Source: Clostridia bacterium (GTDB lineage Bacteria; Bacillota; Clostridia; CAKSNL01; HGM11501). Taken from it: a stretch of 64,000 bases of DNA. Within the stretch, counting starts at the first letter, position 1; the number at the start of each line of letters is the position of its first letter. The translations under genes and the position numbers were made by a program. A model generated the notes under the pieces. The model ran no database searches and was not told where the DNA came from. It was given only the letters and a program-made list of their open reading frames with translations. Where the stretch lies: NCBI GenBank assembly GCA_045545475.1, contig JAZQAZ010000010.1, forward strand, positions 1-64,000, written 5' to 3'. This document shows, piece after piece, positions 21,831-31,386 of the stretch.

Positions 21831-21866
21831 AAGCAGTAAATCGCATTCAGCGATTTACTGCTTTTT
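21831..21866. terminator. Bidirectional terminator overlapping the deacetylase stop codon
   Basis: aagcagtaaatcgc-attca-gcgatttactgctt. Confidence 0.7.
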
Positions 21867-22086
21867 GCCTTCCTGCATGATCTATTTCGTAATTATCATA
21901 GTAAATCATATCACCCACACTTTTGAAAGAATATCCTTCTGAAACTAATCTGTCAAGTATGGAAGGTAGGGCGGAAGCTGTATGCTTCGTACCGTTGTGG
22001 AAAAGAATAATAGAGCCGTTTTTAATCTTCGGCATAATTCTTTTAAGCATATCATCACCCGTCAGATCTTTCCAGTCAAGGCTGTC
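21847..22086 (-). CDS. pdaB: 3' half of a split polysaccharide deacetylase (PdaB-like, CE4)
   Basis: DSLDWKDL...GSIILFHNGTKHTASALPSIL...GYSFKSVGDMIY...IDHAGRQ; continues the N-terminal half at 33194-33717. Confidence 0.85.
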   Translation of the reverse strand, partial: DSLDWKDLTGDDMLKRIMPKIKNGSIILFHNGTKHTASALPSILDRLVSEGYSFKSVGDMIYYDNYEIDHAGRQKAVNR

Positions 22087-22144
22087 CCTGCGCGCAACAG
22101 CTTCAAGAGCAAGAGACACAAGGGCTCCGCTCGGTAAAAATATA

Positions 22145-23872
22145 TTAAAAAGAATAACCTTCGAATTGAATCAGTGAGGATATAAAGTTTATCGCATTAT
22201 CGAATTTGTTTTGAGAACTATCCTCCTGATTCTTTTTTTCTATAAATTCAGAAAGCTTATCCTCTGAAATCAATGTATCCATAAAGCAGTTGGTGTTTCC
22301 GGCGGCTTTGAGGACTTTCTTTGTGAGACCGGAAGCTTCTACTTTTTTAGCAAGGAGTGTCGGATTCGATAACAGTTTAAGAGAGCCTTTTCCAAGTGCT
22401 TCGGCATAACGGTTTAACGCTTCGGTAAAATCTTTGGCAGTTGTGTATCTTGGCTTTTTCTTGCCGCTTTTATCAGATAGCTCCGGTTCTGCTTTTATGC
22501 AAAAATCATTGATGAAATTTTTGATTAAATCTTCTGTTAAAACCTCTTCATCTTCATCAGCTTTGTGTATAAGGTATAACCCGTATGCCGAAAGATATAA
22601 TCTGAGCCAGCAAAGGTCTGAATCGTTTAATTCTGTTAAATCAAATTCGCCAAGATGAATGGTACAAGAGGAGAATTTTTTGAAAAAGTCATCATAGTCC
22701 AATCCGTACTGAATTAAAACTACCAAAGGGGTATAAACTTCACTGTTTAGTATAAATGGATCGCTGATTTCTTTTATTTCAGCACCCCTTATCAGCTTGT
22801 TTATGGTTGAATGATTTGTTTCGCACAGCTGTTTTTTGCTTACCATCATAACATTTGCCTGAAGCATAGAGCCATTGGCTTTGTCATTTATGAGAGCTTT
22901 GTAAAGATATTTGCCTTTTTTATCATATATGCTTGATGCTGTTTTTGCTTCGCAAAGCAATGACAGGAGCTTGGTAAATTTATTTTTGCCGAGTCCGGCT
23001 AAATCCCATATATATTTTGAAGGGAGATTTTTAACCATCAGCCTGGCAACAAGCTCAGATATCATTTCTAATTTATAAACTGATGATTCTGTGACATCTT
23101 TAAGAAGCTTATATACATTGTCGGAAGGCTTCTGGTTAAAGGCTTCCGGCGTATATCCTGATTTTATATAGGGCTTGTATGAATGGTCTTTGGTTATATT
23201 TTGATTGAATTTTACACTTTCCATAGAAGGAAGGTAAGTCAAAAGCCCTTCTGAAAACTTAACCGAATATATATCGGGTGCTTCCGGTAATGAGTATCCA
23301 TACAGAGCTATCAGCTCCTTAGCCAGTTTTGTTTTGGAATTATCGCTGGCTACATAATGACCGCCATTGTCGGTGACGATATTTTCCATTAAACTGTCGG
23401 TAAGCAAGAGAGAATAGCGCTGACCATATTCGTTGATTTGATGAATATATATTTTGTTATTGGTAACAGAAATATTTTCGAAATTTTCAAAATAAGGAAG
23501 GTAATGTAAATAGCAGTTCCATTTAAAGTCAAGCAGCGCCTTTTCGTATGAAGATAATTCTATCTGAGAGAGATAGGTATATAAATTTTTCACTAAGGTT
23601 TTTATTACATCTTCCTCCAACGGTCTGTCGGGAAAATATTTTTCGTTGAACCGTGCTGCAGTTTTTTGGGAAATGCCTTCTTCAATATCAATTCTTATAT
23701 TGGTTCCCGGGCATCTTAAGCTGTCATTCAGCACATAGAAAAACAGCTTCGGATTATTAAAAATAGAATGTGAATCCAGACCGTGTTGTTGCAAAAAACT
23801 GTGGTAGTTATTGTAGGCATTGGCTAAAGAGATTGATTCTGCTTTATCTAAAATATTTTCTCGTTCCGACAT
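22145..23872 (-). CDS. Hypothetical protein; C-terminal half resembles a degenerate P4/D5-type primase-helicase plus wHTH
   Basis: IWDLAGLGKNKFTKLL at the expected Walker A position; EDLIKNFINDFC...TAKDFTEALNRYA...LAKKVEASGL resembles the D5 C-terminal wHTH. Confidence 0.4.
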   Translation of the reverse strand: MSERENILDKAESISLANAYNNYHSFLQQHGLDSHSIFNNPKLFFYVLNDSLRCPGTNIRIDIEEGISQKTAARFNEKYFPDRPLEEDVIKTLVKNLYTYLSQIELSSYEKALLDFKWNCYLHYLPYFENFENISVTNNKIYIHQINEYGQRYSLLLTDSLMENIVTDNGGHYVASDNSKTKLAKELIALYGYSLPEAPDIYSVKFSEGLLTYLPSMESVKFNQNITKDHSYKPYIKSGYTPEAFNQKPSDNVYKLLKDVTESSVYKLEMISELVARLMVKNLPSKYIWDLAGLGKNKFTKLLSLLCEAKTASSIYDKKGKYLYKALINDKANGSMLQANVMMVSKKQLCETNHSTINKLIRGAEIKEISDPFILNSEVYTPLVVLIQYGLDYDDFFKKFSSCTIHLGEFDLTELNDSDLCWLRLYLSAYGLYLIHKADEDEEVLTEDLIKNFINDFCIKAEPELSDKSGKKKPRYTTAKDFTEALNRYAEALGKGSLKLLSNPTLLAKKVEASGLTKKVLKAAGNTNCFMDTLISEDKLSEFIEKKNQEDSSQNKFDNAINFISSLIQFEGYSF

Positions 23873-24127
23873 CAATATCACCTCTGATACCATTATAGCA
23901 CAGCCATCCGGAAAATGGTAGAAAAATTTAAAAGGTAGAAAAAATTCAGTGTTTTCATTCAGCTTATGCTCGGGATATTGCGCAGACTATCCGATATACA
24001 TTCAGAGCTTTTTAGTAAAAGAAAAGGCTATTACAATATAAAACATAATACCGCATATAACACCAAAATAATATGTAATGATTTACAAAGACACTTACAT
24101 ATTATTAAAATGAAGGAGGTGATATAT

Positions 24128-24241
24128 GTGGTTGTAACAAACACATATGTATCTAAAAATAAAAAGGATTACGAACAGAAACGTGACCTTATACACAGAA
24201 GATGCATATTAATACTTCGAAGTAAGCTGAGAGGTGAATAA
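24128..24241 (+). CDS. 37-aa basic small protein immediately upstream of the recombinase
   Basis: Strong RBS aaggaggt (24113-24120) then GTG; its 3' end carries the recombinase RBS. Confidence 0.55.
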   Translation: MVVTNTYVSKNKKDYEQKRDLIHRRCILILRSKLRGE

Positions 24242-24242
24242 T

Positions 24243-25694
24243 ATGTATGCTGTATACGCAAGACAAAGTGTTGATAAGAAAGACAGCTTATCTATAGAAG
24301 GACAGATAGAACAGTGTAAAAAATTCGCCGGAGAAAACGTCAGGGTTTTCAAGGATAAGGGCTTCTCCGGAAAAAATACAAACCGTCCTGCCTTTAAGGA
24401 GCTTATGGAAAAAGTATCCGAAGGAGAGGTTAAAAAGATTTTCGTATATAAGGTTGACAGAATAAGCCGCTCAATTTCGGATTTCGGCAGGATATGGGAA
24501 ACTCTGGAAAAAAACGGGGTGGAGTTTCAGTCCGTTACAGAGCAATTTGATACATCGACTCCTATAGGGAGGGCGATGCTGAATATCGTTATGACTTTCG
24601 CACAGTTGGAGCGGGAAACTACTGCAGACCGTGTGAAAGATAATTATATACATCGTTTCGTTAATGGCGCATGGCCCGGAGGTCCTGCACCTTACGGATT
24701 TGATTTGAGCAAGATTATAACCGAGGACGGAAAAAGAGTATCTGCTCTTACGGCAAACGATGAAAAGAGTGAAATCGTAAAGATGATTTTTGAGCTTTAT
24801 GCGAATGAGGGGACATCCTTAAGAAGCCTTGCGGACAAACTTTCAAAGGACGGAATACACGGACCTAAAAGAGAGGCATGGGACAATGTTACGCTTTCGA
24901 GATTGCTTCATAGTCCGGTATACGTAAAAGCAGATAAGGAAGTATACTGGTACTATATGTCTCTTGGTCTTGATATTCAGAGCAAAATGTCCGAATTTGA
25001 CGGAGTACATGCCTGCAATATCATAGGACAGAGAGACCGTAGCAGAAACAAGTATAACTCACTCAAAAATCAGAAATTGGCTATGTCAAATCATCCGGGA
25101 ATTGTTGACTCGGAATTATGGCTGAAGGTGCAGGATAAGCTATCTTGCAATAAACAGATTTCACTTCAGAATGCAGGAAAATACAGCTGGCTTACAGGAC
25201 TTATTAAGTGCAAAAACTGTGGTTATGCCATAAAGATAAACAACAGTAAGTCTGAGGACAAGTTGCATCTTATATGCTCCGGAAGGTCAAATCTTAAAAT
25301 CTGCGATGCCGGAATAACGGTAGATATAAGAGAACTGGAAAACAGGGTAGAGGAAGAGCTTGTAAGGATAATAGGAGAATGTAAGGTAGAAGACGATGCA
25401 AGTCTTGATTCGGAAAAATCTGCTCTTGTGCTTGAAATAGAGCAGAAGATAGAAAGACTTGTTGCAGCATTGGCGGAAAGCAGCAGTGTTTCGGCAACTT
25501 ATATATCAAAGCAGATTGAAAAGCTGCATAAGGAACGTGAAAAAATTGCTATGCCAGGGAAGAAGAGAGGCTCTGATTTTACCAATATTAATTTTGCTCA
25601 AATGTCATTTGAAGATAAAAAGCTGATAGCGTCACAATTCATTGACAAAATCATGCTGATAGAAGATTCTGCGGAGATACTATGGAAAATATAA
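24243..25694 (+). CDS. Large serine recombinase (SpoIVCA/CisA-like architecture)
   Basis: YARQS catalytic Ser, DKGFSGKNTNRPAF, VDRISRS, APYGF, recombinase domain, CKNCG...C...C zinc ribbon and coiled coil. Confidence 0.93.
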   Translation: MYAVYARQSVDKKDSLSIEGQIEQCKKFAGENVRVFKDKGFSGKNTNRPAFKELMEKVSEGEVKKIFVYKVDRISRSISDFGRIWETLEKNGVEFQSVTEQFDTSTPIGRAMLNIVMTFAQLERETTADRVKDNYIHRFVNGAWPGGPAPYGFDLSKIITEDGKRVSALTANDEKSEIVKMIFELYANEGTSLRSLADKLSKDGIHGPKREAWDNVTLSRLLHSPVYVKADKEVYWYYMSLGLDIQSKMSEFDGVHACNIIGQRDRSRNKYNSLKNQKLAMSNHPGIVDSELWLKVQDKLSCNKQISLQNAGKYSWLTGLIKCKNCGYAIKINNSKSEDKLHLICSGRSNLKICDAGITVDIRELENRVEEELVRIIGECKVEDDASLDSEKSALVLEIEQKIERLVAALAESSSVSATYISKQIEKLHKEREKIAMPGKKRGSDFTNINFAQMSFEDKKLIASQFIDKIMLIEDSAEILWKI

Positions 25695-25901
25695 TACATA
25701 TCTGATGTGCACCTTAAGGGCTAAAGCTTTTAAGGTGCATTATTTTATGGCGGAAACTGCACGACAGTATAAAAGATATCTGTCGTTAGTCTGATGCTCA
25801 AAAGGAGCGACAGACGGCAGTATCCGCTGTAAAATAGCGGATAAAGGTTTTGTTTTTTATTAAATAACAAATCATATAACTATATAGTAAAAGGGACCCG
25901 A

Positions 25902-25935
25902 GGGGAAGGATGTTAATCATTCTTCCCCGACTTGC
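25902..25935 (+). promoter_or_regulatory. Candidate oriT (hairpin followed by ACTTGC)
   Basis: ggggaaggatg-ttaat-cattcttcccc hairpin followed by gACTTGC, about 36 bp upstream of the relaxase. Confidence 0.4.
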
Positions 25936-25971
25936 GACCTTAAAATATAATATAGATACAAAGGTGATATA

Positions 25972-26463
25972 ATGGCTGTATTAAAGATAATAAACAGTAT
26001 AGGTAAGTATTATGATAATAATTCAAGAGAAGATGTTATAAACTATATAACCAATCCGTATAAAACACCGGGAGGATATATAGGTACATATGGATTAAAT
26101 ACTTATGAGTACTCAAAAGAGATGGATGAAGTAGCATTAAGCTTCAATAAAGATACAGGAGTGCGCTTACGGCATTTTGTGATAGGCTTTGAAGGAAGGG
26201 AAGCGGTAAATGCAGCACTTGTGTATCAGATAGGCTATGAGATATCGGCATATCTTGGAAAAGAGTATCAGACGGTTTTTAGTGTGCATCAGGATACAGA
26301 ACAGCTGCATATTCATATTGTGATAAATGCGGTTAGCTACTTAGACGGGCACAGATACAGAGGAACTAAAGGAGAATTTTACGGGTTTAAGTCATGGATT
26401 GACAGCGTGCTTAAAAGGTATGGTATATATAAGGTCAGATACATTTCGAATAGTACGCTGTAA
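25972..26463 (+). CDS. Minimal relaxase/mobilization nuclease domain protein (MOBP-like)
   Basis: VINYITN catalytic Tyr, RHFVIGF, VHQDTEQLHIHIVINAV 3H motif. Confidence 0.85.
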   Translation: MAVLKIINSIGKYYDNNSREDVINYITNPYKTPGGYIGTYGLNTYEYSKEMDEVALSFNKDTGVRLRHFVIGFEGREAVNAALVYQIGYEISAYLGKEYQTVFSVHQDTEQLHIHIVINAVSYLDGHRYRGTKGEFYGFKSWIDSVLKRYGIYKVRYISNSTL

Positions 26464-26497
26464 ACATAAAGTAATACATATTAAGGAGTGATACTTT

Positions 26498-26680
26498 ATG
26501 CAGAATAGCTATGCAGAAATAATAACCATTGATGAGCTGTGTGATATGCTTATGATAGGACGTACCACGGCATACAGACTTCTGAAGAGTAATGAGGTAA
26601 AAGCATTCAAAATCGGTAAGGTCTGGAAGGTGTCACGAGCTTCGGTGGAACACTACATTAAAGAACGCAGTAACCTGTGA
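26498..26680 (+). CDS. Excisionase-like helix-turn-helix protein
   Basis: ITIDELCDMLMIGRTTAYRLL...AFKIGKVWKV (HTH_17 pattern). Confidence 0.85.
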   Translation: MQNSYAEIITIDELCDMLMIGRTTAYRLLKSNEVKAFKIGKVWKVSRASVEHYIKERSNL

Positions 26681-26701
26681 TGGGTTACTGCGTTCTATTT
26701 A
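26663..26701 (+). terminator. Intrinsic terminator
   Basis: gaacgcagtaacc-tgtgatg-ggttactgcgttc-tattt. Confidence 0.65.
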
Positions 26702-26720
26702 GCGATGCGATATTGATAAT

Positions 26721-27107
26721 TTGAGATTTTATGTGTCACCGAATACCATGTATCACGGAAGTGGAATTCCGTATTTTAATCGAGATATTGAAAAGTATGA
26801 GTTAATATTTCCGATATTTGTAAAACCGGCAAGAAAGAATCCAAGAATAGCACATCAGGAAGGAGCATTTATGATTTTTTGGCTGGAATCTGTGTGTTAT
26901 GATGAAAACTTAAAGAATGAATATATAGGAGACAGAGAAAAATACAGGCGCCGTAATGCCGGTACTAATAATAAAAAAATATATTATATACCATCCGATA
27001 AAAAGAACAGAATAAAAGCGATACTTAACAGGATTGGTATAAATAAAGCATATGTATATCCTGAGATAGATGATGTAGCAGATTATATAAAAAACGGAAT
27101 AAATTAA
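26721..27107 (+). pseudogene. C-terminal fragment of an FRG-domain protein
   Basis: NPRIAHQEGAF and IP...K..I...L..IGINKAYVYPEID match FRG C-termini; the N-terminal FRG/QHYG motifs are absent and no RBS is apparent. Confidence 0.6.
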
Positions 27108-27109
27108 AT

Positions 27110-27149
27110 AAAAACCACACTGCAGTATTAAGGCTACAGTGTGGTTTTT
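27110..27149. terminator. Intrinsic terminator
   Basis: aaaaaccacactg...cagtgtggttttt. Confidence 0.75.
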
Positions 27150-27288
27150 ACGTTACAGTATTTTATTTCTTGCTTTATAGAAAGTATGGAAATAGGCACA
27201 TTTTCAATCATATATTATCTTTCTGAGTATGTATATAACATATTCCCGGATTAACCGGCACATAGAAAAAGAAAGTGAGGAAGAAAAA

Positions 27289-28398
27289 ATGAAAGAAAAA
27301 GATGTTTTATTATGTGGTCATTGCGGAAGAAGTTTGTCTGAAGAAGAAGCTATTTCGTTTGACGGGATTATTCTTTGCATGGATTGCTACAGCACAAATA
27401 CAACCCTTTGTGATTGTTGCGGCGATAGAATTTGGAGCAATGATGCAAGAGAGGATACCGGCATAACGTTATGTCTGCATTGCTATAATTATAATTATAG
27501 CTCATGCAGCGAATGCGGAGCTTTGATTGCCAATGAAGATGCAGTTTATGAAGAGGATTCAGACGAACCATACTGCGAAGCGTGTTACGAAAAGAGAAAA
27601 AATAATCCGATAAAATCTTATAATTATAAGCCCGAGCCGATATTTTACGGCTCGGGTAATTTATTTATGGGGGTTGAGCTTGAAATTGACAAGGGCGGAG
27701 AATATGACAAACACGCGAAAAGCATTCTTGAGGTTGCAAATCGCATGAATGAGCATATTTACTGTAAGCACGACGGAAGTATTGAGGAGGGATTCGAAAT
27801 GGTGTCACATCCTATGACATACGAATATCACCTTAATTCAATGAACTGGAAAGAAATTTTCGATTCGGCTGTCGAAATGGGGTACAGGTCTCATCAGACA
27901 GACACGTGCGGTCTTCATATTCATGTAAACCGTTCGGCATTTGGGAAGGATTATGAAGCGCAGGAGGAGGTAATTTGCAGGATAGTATACTTTGTTGAAA
28001 ATCATTGGAATGAGCTTTTGAAATTTTCAAGGAGGACGGTGGAAAACATTAACCGATGGGCAAGCAGGTACGGAATATCCACTACCGCCAAAGATACATA
28101 TAAAAATGCTAAAGACAGACATTGCGGAAGATATGTAGCCGTTAATTTGGAAAACTATTCTACGATAGAATTCCGCATATTCAGAGGTACGCTTAATTAC
28201 AAAACCTTTATTGCAACTCTTCAGCTTATTGATGAAATCTGCTATCACGCCATTAATTTGACAGATGGCGAAATGGAAGGAATGTCATGGTCTGATTTTG
28301 TATCGAGGATATTGCCAAAGAAAGCCGAATTGATTGAATATTTAAAATTCAAACAGCTTTATGTGAATGAAACCATCCGCAGAGGGGAGGATATATAA
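27289..28398 (+). CDS. Putative amidoligase (COOH-NH2 ligase) with N-terminal CxxC repeats
   Basis: GVELEID, KHDGSI, GFEMVSHP, TCGLHIHV, RYVAVN, TIEFRIFRGTL; six CxxC motifs at the N-terminus. Confidence 0.85.
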   Translation: MKEKDVLLCGHCGRSLSEEEAISFDGIILCMDCYSTNTTLCDCCGDRIWSNDAREDTGITLCLHCYNYNYSSCSECGALIANEDAVYEEDSDEPYCEACYEKRKNNPIKSYNYKPEPIFYGSGNLFMGVELEIDKGGEYDKHAKSILEVANRMNEHIYCKHDGSIEEGFEMVSHPMTYEYHLNSMNWKEIFDSAVEMGYRSHQTDTCGLHIHVNRSAFGKDYEAQEEVICRIVYFVENHWNELLKFSRRTVENINRWASRYGISTTAKDTYKNAKDRHCGRYVAVNLENYSTIEFRIFRGTLNYKTFIATLQLIDEICYHAINLTDGEMEGMSWSDFVSRILPKKAELIEYLKFKQLYVNETIRRGEDI

Positions 28399-29312
28399 TG
28401 TGTTGTCTGTTTGGAATTTATAATTATAGCGGGAAGAGTGTGAAAAATTTAAGCCATCTTACAAACTGTCTGGCAGCGGAGGCAACGGTACGAGGGCATG
28501 ATGCAGCGGGAATAGCTTATAACAATAACGGAAAGCTTCTTATACATAAAGAGTCAAAGTCCGCTTTGGAGCTGACTTTTAAGCATCCTGATAATCCTGT
28601 TTGTATAATGGGACATACGAGGCATAGCACTCAGGGGTCAGAGAAGAAAAACTATAATAATCACCCTTTTTTCGGGAAATGCAAAAACTTGAACTTTGCA
28701 CTTGCACATAACGGGGTTCTGACAAATGATTATGCTCTGAGAAAGGAGCTGCGCTTACCTCATACAAAAATAGAAACTGACAGTTATATTGCGGTTCAGC
28801 TCATAGAAAAGAAAAAAGAATTATGTATGGAATCTGTAAAATTCATGGCGGAAAAGGTTAAGGGGAGTTTTTCTTTTTCTTTGCTGGATTCCGATGATGC
28901 TTTATGGCTGATACGCGGAGATAATCCGTTGACAATGCTGCATCTTCCTGAGTATGAACTTTTTATATATGCATCAACAAGTGAAATATTGTATAGAGCT
29001 TTGATAGAAACAAAGCTTTTTGATGCGGTTAAAAGGGGAAATACAGAAGAAATAGAGCCATCACCCGGGGACATAATAAAAATCCTGCCGGAAGGCAGGA
29101 TTTTGCGTGATAAATTTAATTATACGGAATACATGAATTACGGAAGATTTTGCTGGTGGAACTATGATGTAAGCAAATCACATAATCAGTCTTATATAGA
29201 AGACTTAAAAGAAGTTGCCAAAAGCCTGGGCTTTGCCCCAAAGGATATAGATGATATGGTGTCACAGGGCTTCAGTCCTGAGGAGATAGAGGATTTTATA
29301 TATTGCTTATAG
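28398..29312 (+). CDS. Class II glutamine amidotransferase
   Basis: N-terminal MCCLFG (Cys nucleophile), RGHDAAG, GHTRHST, NHPF, AHNG, ETDS; TAATG coupling to the amidoligase. Confidence 0.9.
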   Translation: MCCLFGIYNYSGKSVKNLSHLTNCLAAEATVRGHDAAGIAYNNNGKLLIHKESKSALELTFKHPDNPVCIMGHTRHSTQGSEKKNYNNHPFFGKCKNLNFALAHNGVLTNDYALRKELRLPHTKIETDSYIAVQLIEKKKELCMESVKFMAEKVKGSFSFSLLDSDDALWLIRGDNPLTMLHLPEYELFIYASTSEILYRALIETKLFDAVKRGNTEEIEPSPGDIIKILPEGRILRDKFNYTEYMNYGRFCWWNYDVSKSHNQSYIEDLKEVAKSLGFAPKDIDDMVSQGFSPEEIEDFIYCL

Positions 29313-29735
29313 TGGACTTAATCCCAGATCAAAAAGAATATCATCTACATCATATCTGCTTTGTCCGTTTTTGATAGCTGATATTATAACACTGTCACGT
29401 TTGTTTCTGGGATATAAAGTGGCATATCCCGCATATTTTAACAGAGTATCTGTTTCTTCTAATGTAAGCTCCATTCCGAGGCAAAGCACTATGAGCTTGT
29501 CTCTGGACGGGACTCTTGTGCCTGAGAAAATCTGATAAGCATATATCTGGTCTATATCTGATTTTTTGATTACTTCGGATTTTTTTAGCTTTTTCTCTTC
29601 AAGTAAAGCATTGAGATAAGTACACAGCGGATTTTCAATAAGTTCATTTTGGTTTTCCTTAAGATAATCTTCAAGGCTGCTGTTTTTTAATATATTCAAT
29701 AATTCTCCTGTAGTTTTATTCATCTTGACCAACAC
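29307..29735 (-). CDS. XRE-family HTH regulator
   Basis: KKSEVIKKSDIDQIYAYQIFSGTRVPSRDKLI...LTLEET..LL..AG. Confidence 0.8.
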   Translation of the reverse strand: MLVKMNKTTGELLNILKNSSLEDYLKENQNELIENPLCTYLNALLEEKKLKKSEVIKKSDIDQIYAYQIFSGTRVPSRDKLIVLCLGMELTLEETDTLLKYAGYATLYPRNKRDSVIISAIKNGQSRYDVDDILFDLGLSPL

Positions 29736-29786
29736 CCCTTTATTATGATAATATAAGCTTAAGAGATTGTCAAGAGGTGTCGCAGA

Positions 29787-30806
29787 ATGAGCAATTTATC
29801 AGAGTATATTGAAATTTCAGCACTGAAGGAAAATGTCGCTATAGTAAAAAAGGACGGAAAACTTTACGTAAAGAAAAATATTCCTTCTGAGCTGACTTAT
29901 CTATATAAAATATTGATGTCAAAGTATCATAAAAACGTTTCTCAGATAGTTGAAGTATTCGAGTATCAGGATTGTACGGTCGTAATTGAAAAATATATTG
30001 ACGGAGACTCTTTAGCGGATATACTGGCTAAGAATAAATACTTAAGTGAAAATATGACAAAAAATATAATCGGACAGATATGCGACGGATTAACATTTCT
30101 GCATAAACAGAATATAATCCATAGGGACATAAATCCTAATAATATCGTTATTTCCTCTGACGGATGCGTTAAAATTATAGATTTCGATATAGCGAGAACA
30201 CCTAAGAAAAATGCGTCAAGTGACACGACTATTTTAGGTACAGCAGGCTATGCCGCCCCTGAACAGTTTGGATTTTCGCAGTCAGATATACGCACCGATA
30301 TATATGCTGTGGGTGTTCTTGCTAACGTTATGCTCACAGGAATGCTTCCGGGAGAAATGACATATAAGGGAAGACTCGGCAAAATTATATCGAAGGCTAC
30401 AGCTATAGATGCAGGGGCAAGATACAGAAAAATTTCAGACTTTAAGCATGCATTTACAAATGAAGTTGATGAAAATACTAATTGCGTATTAAAAGTCTTA
30501 AGATGCATTCCTGGCTTCAGAACTTTCGAATTATGGAAAATGGTTATTGCTCTGATTTGCTACATGACTTACGTTCCTTTGATGTTTCTGTTTGTTTTAT
30601 GGACTGAAAAGAATTTTGCGGCTTTAAGTAAAACAGTGTTAAGCGAAATATTGATGTTTGTTATTCCCTTTTTGCTGTTGACGAATCTTTCCGGAATACG
30701 TCGTATAGTTTCCCGTAAACCCATAAGGGCACTTATTGTGTCAATACTTATTTCGGCTGTATCTTTTATTATCGGTGTACTTATCCTTTTGCCGAATTTT
30801 TCTTAA
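29787..30806 (+). CDS. Hanks-type Ser/Thr protein kinase with C-terminal TM helices
   Basis: IIHRDINPNN, IDFDIAR, GTAGYAAPEQ, DIYAVG; three hydrophobic C-terminal helices. Confidence 0.88.
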   Translation: MSNLSEYIEISALKENVAIVKKDGKLYVKKNIPSELTYLYKILMSKYHKNVSQIVEVFEYQDCTVVIEKYIDGDSLADILAKNKYLSENMTKNIIGQICDGLTFLHKQNIIHRDINPNNIVISSDGCVKIIDFDIARTPKKNASSDTTILGTAGYAAPEQFGFSQSDIRTDIYAVGVLANVMLTGMLPGEMTYKGRLGKIISKATAIDAGARYRKISDFKHAFTNEVDENTNCVLKVLRCIPGFRTFELWKMVIALICYMTYVPLMFLFVLWTEKNFAALSKTVLSEILMFVIPFLLLTNLSGIRRIVSRKPIRALIVSILISAVSFIIGVLILLPNFS

Positions 30807-30961
30807 AAATTATGCTGACAGCTTAACAAAAAGCTCATAGAATGTGGTAGAATATATCCGTTCTGTGAGCTTTCTTTATGCATTTTACAAGGAAAAATGC
30901 ATCGAAGTGTACATTTTACACTGCATCGTAAAATGTATATAATTGTCTAAAAGTGTAGGGG

Positions 30962-31222
30962 GTGATTGCGATAGGTGTAGAAGAAATTGATGCATTGAAC
31001 GATGTGTATAAAGAATTGGTTGAACTCATAGGATACGACAATACAATGAAGCTTTACACTTATTACAAGGGACAACAGGTTACTTTCCCGATAAAGCTTT
31101 TTAAGCCGGAATGCGTCGGCGAAATGATTAAAAAGCAATATAACGGGACAAACGCAAAAAAATTGGCAAGAACTTACGGATATTCAGAACGCTGGATAAA
31201 AGAATTGGTAAAGAGAGGTTGA
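30962..31222 (+). CDS. Mor transcription activator family protein
   Basis: LVELIG...KL...YKGQQVTFP...YNGTNAKKLARTYGYSERWI. Confidence 0.75.
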   Translation: MIAIGVEEIDALNDVYKELVELIGYDNTMKLYTYYKGQQVTFPIKLFKPECVGEMIKKQYNGTNAKKLARTYGYSERWIKELVKRG

Positions 31223-31386
31223 TTTTATGAATAACGGAAAACAAATACAATGGGCTTGTGTATATTGCGGACGTAAAGAATGGAGAAAAGATTGGACAGG
31301 AAGACCTATGCCGGGAACATGCAATAAGCGTCCGAGTAAAGGTCCTCATCGCTGGGTAAAAAACAGAGAAATGAAGGGATAAACTT

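Noticed and set aside
21847-22119. ORF-track 90-aa and 209-aa (33088-33717) deacetylase ORFs as independent genes or decayed pseudogenes
   Set aside because: Their extra residues (MSLALEAVARR; ELLATLGD...) are element sequence, and the halves join in frame.
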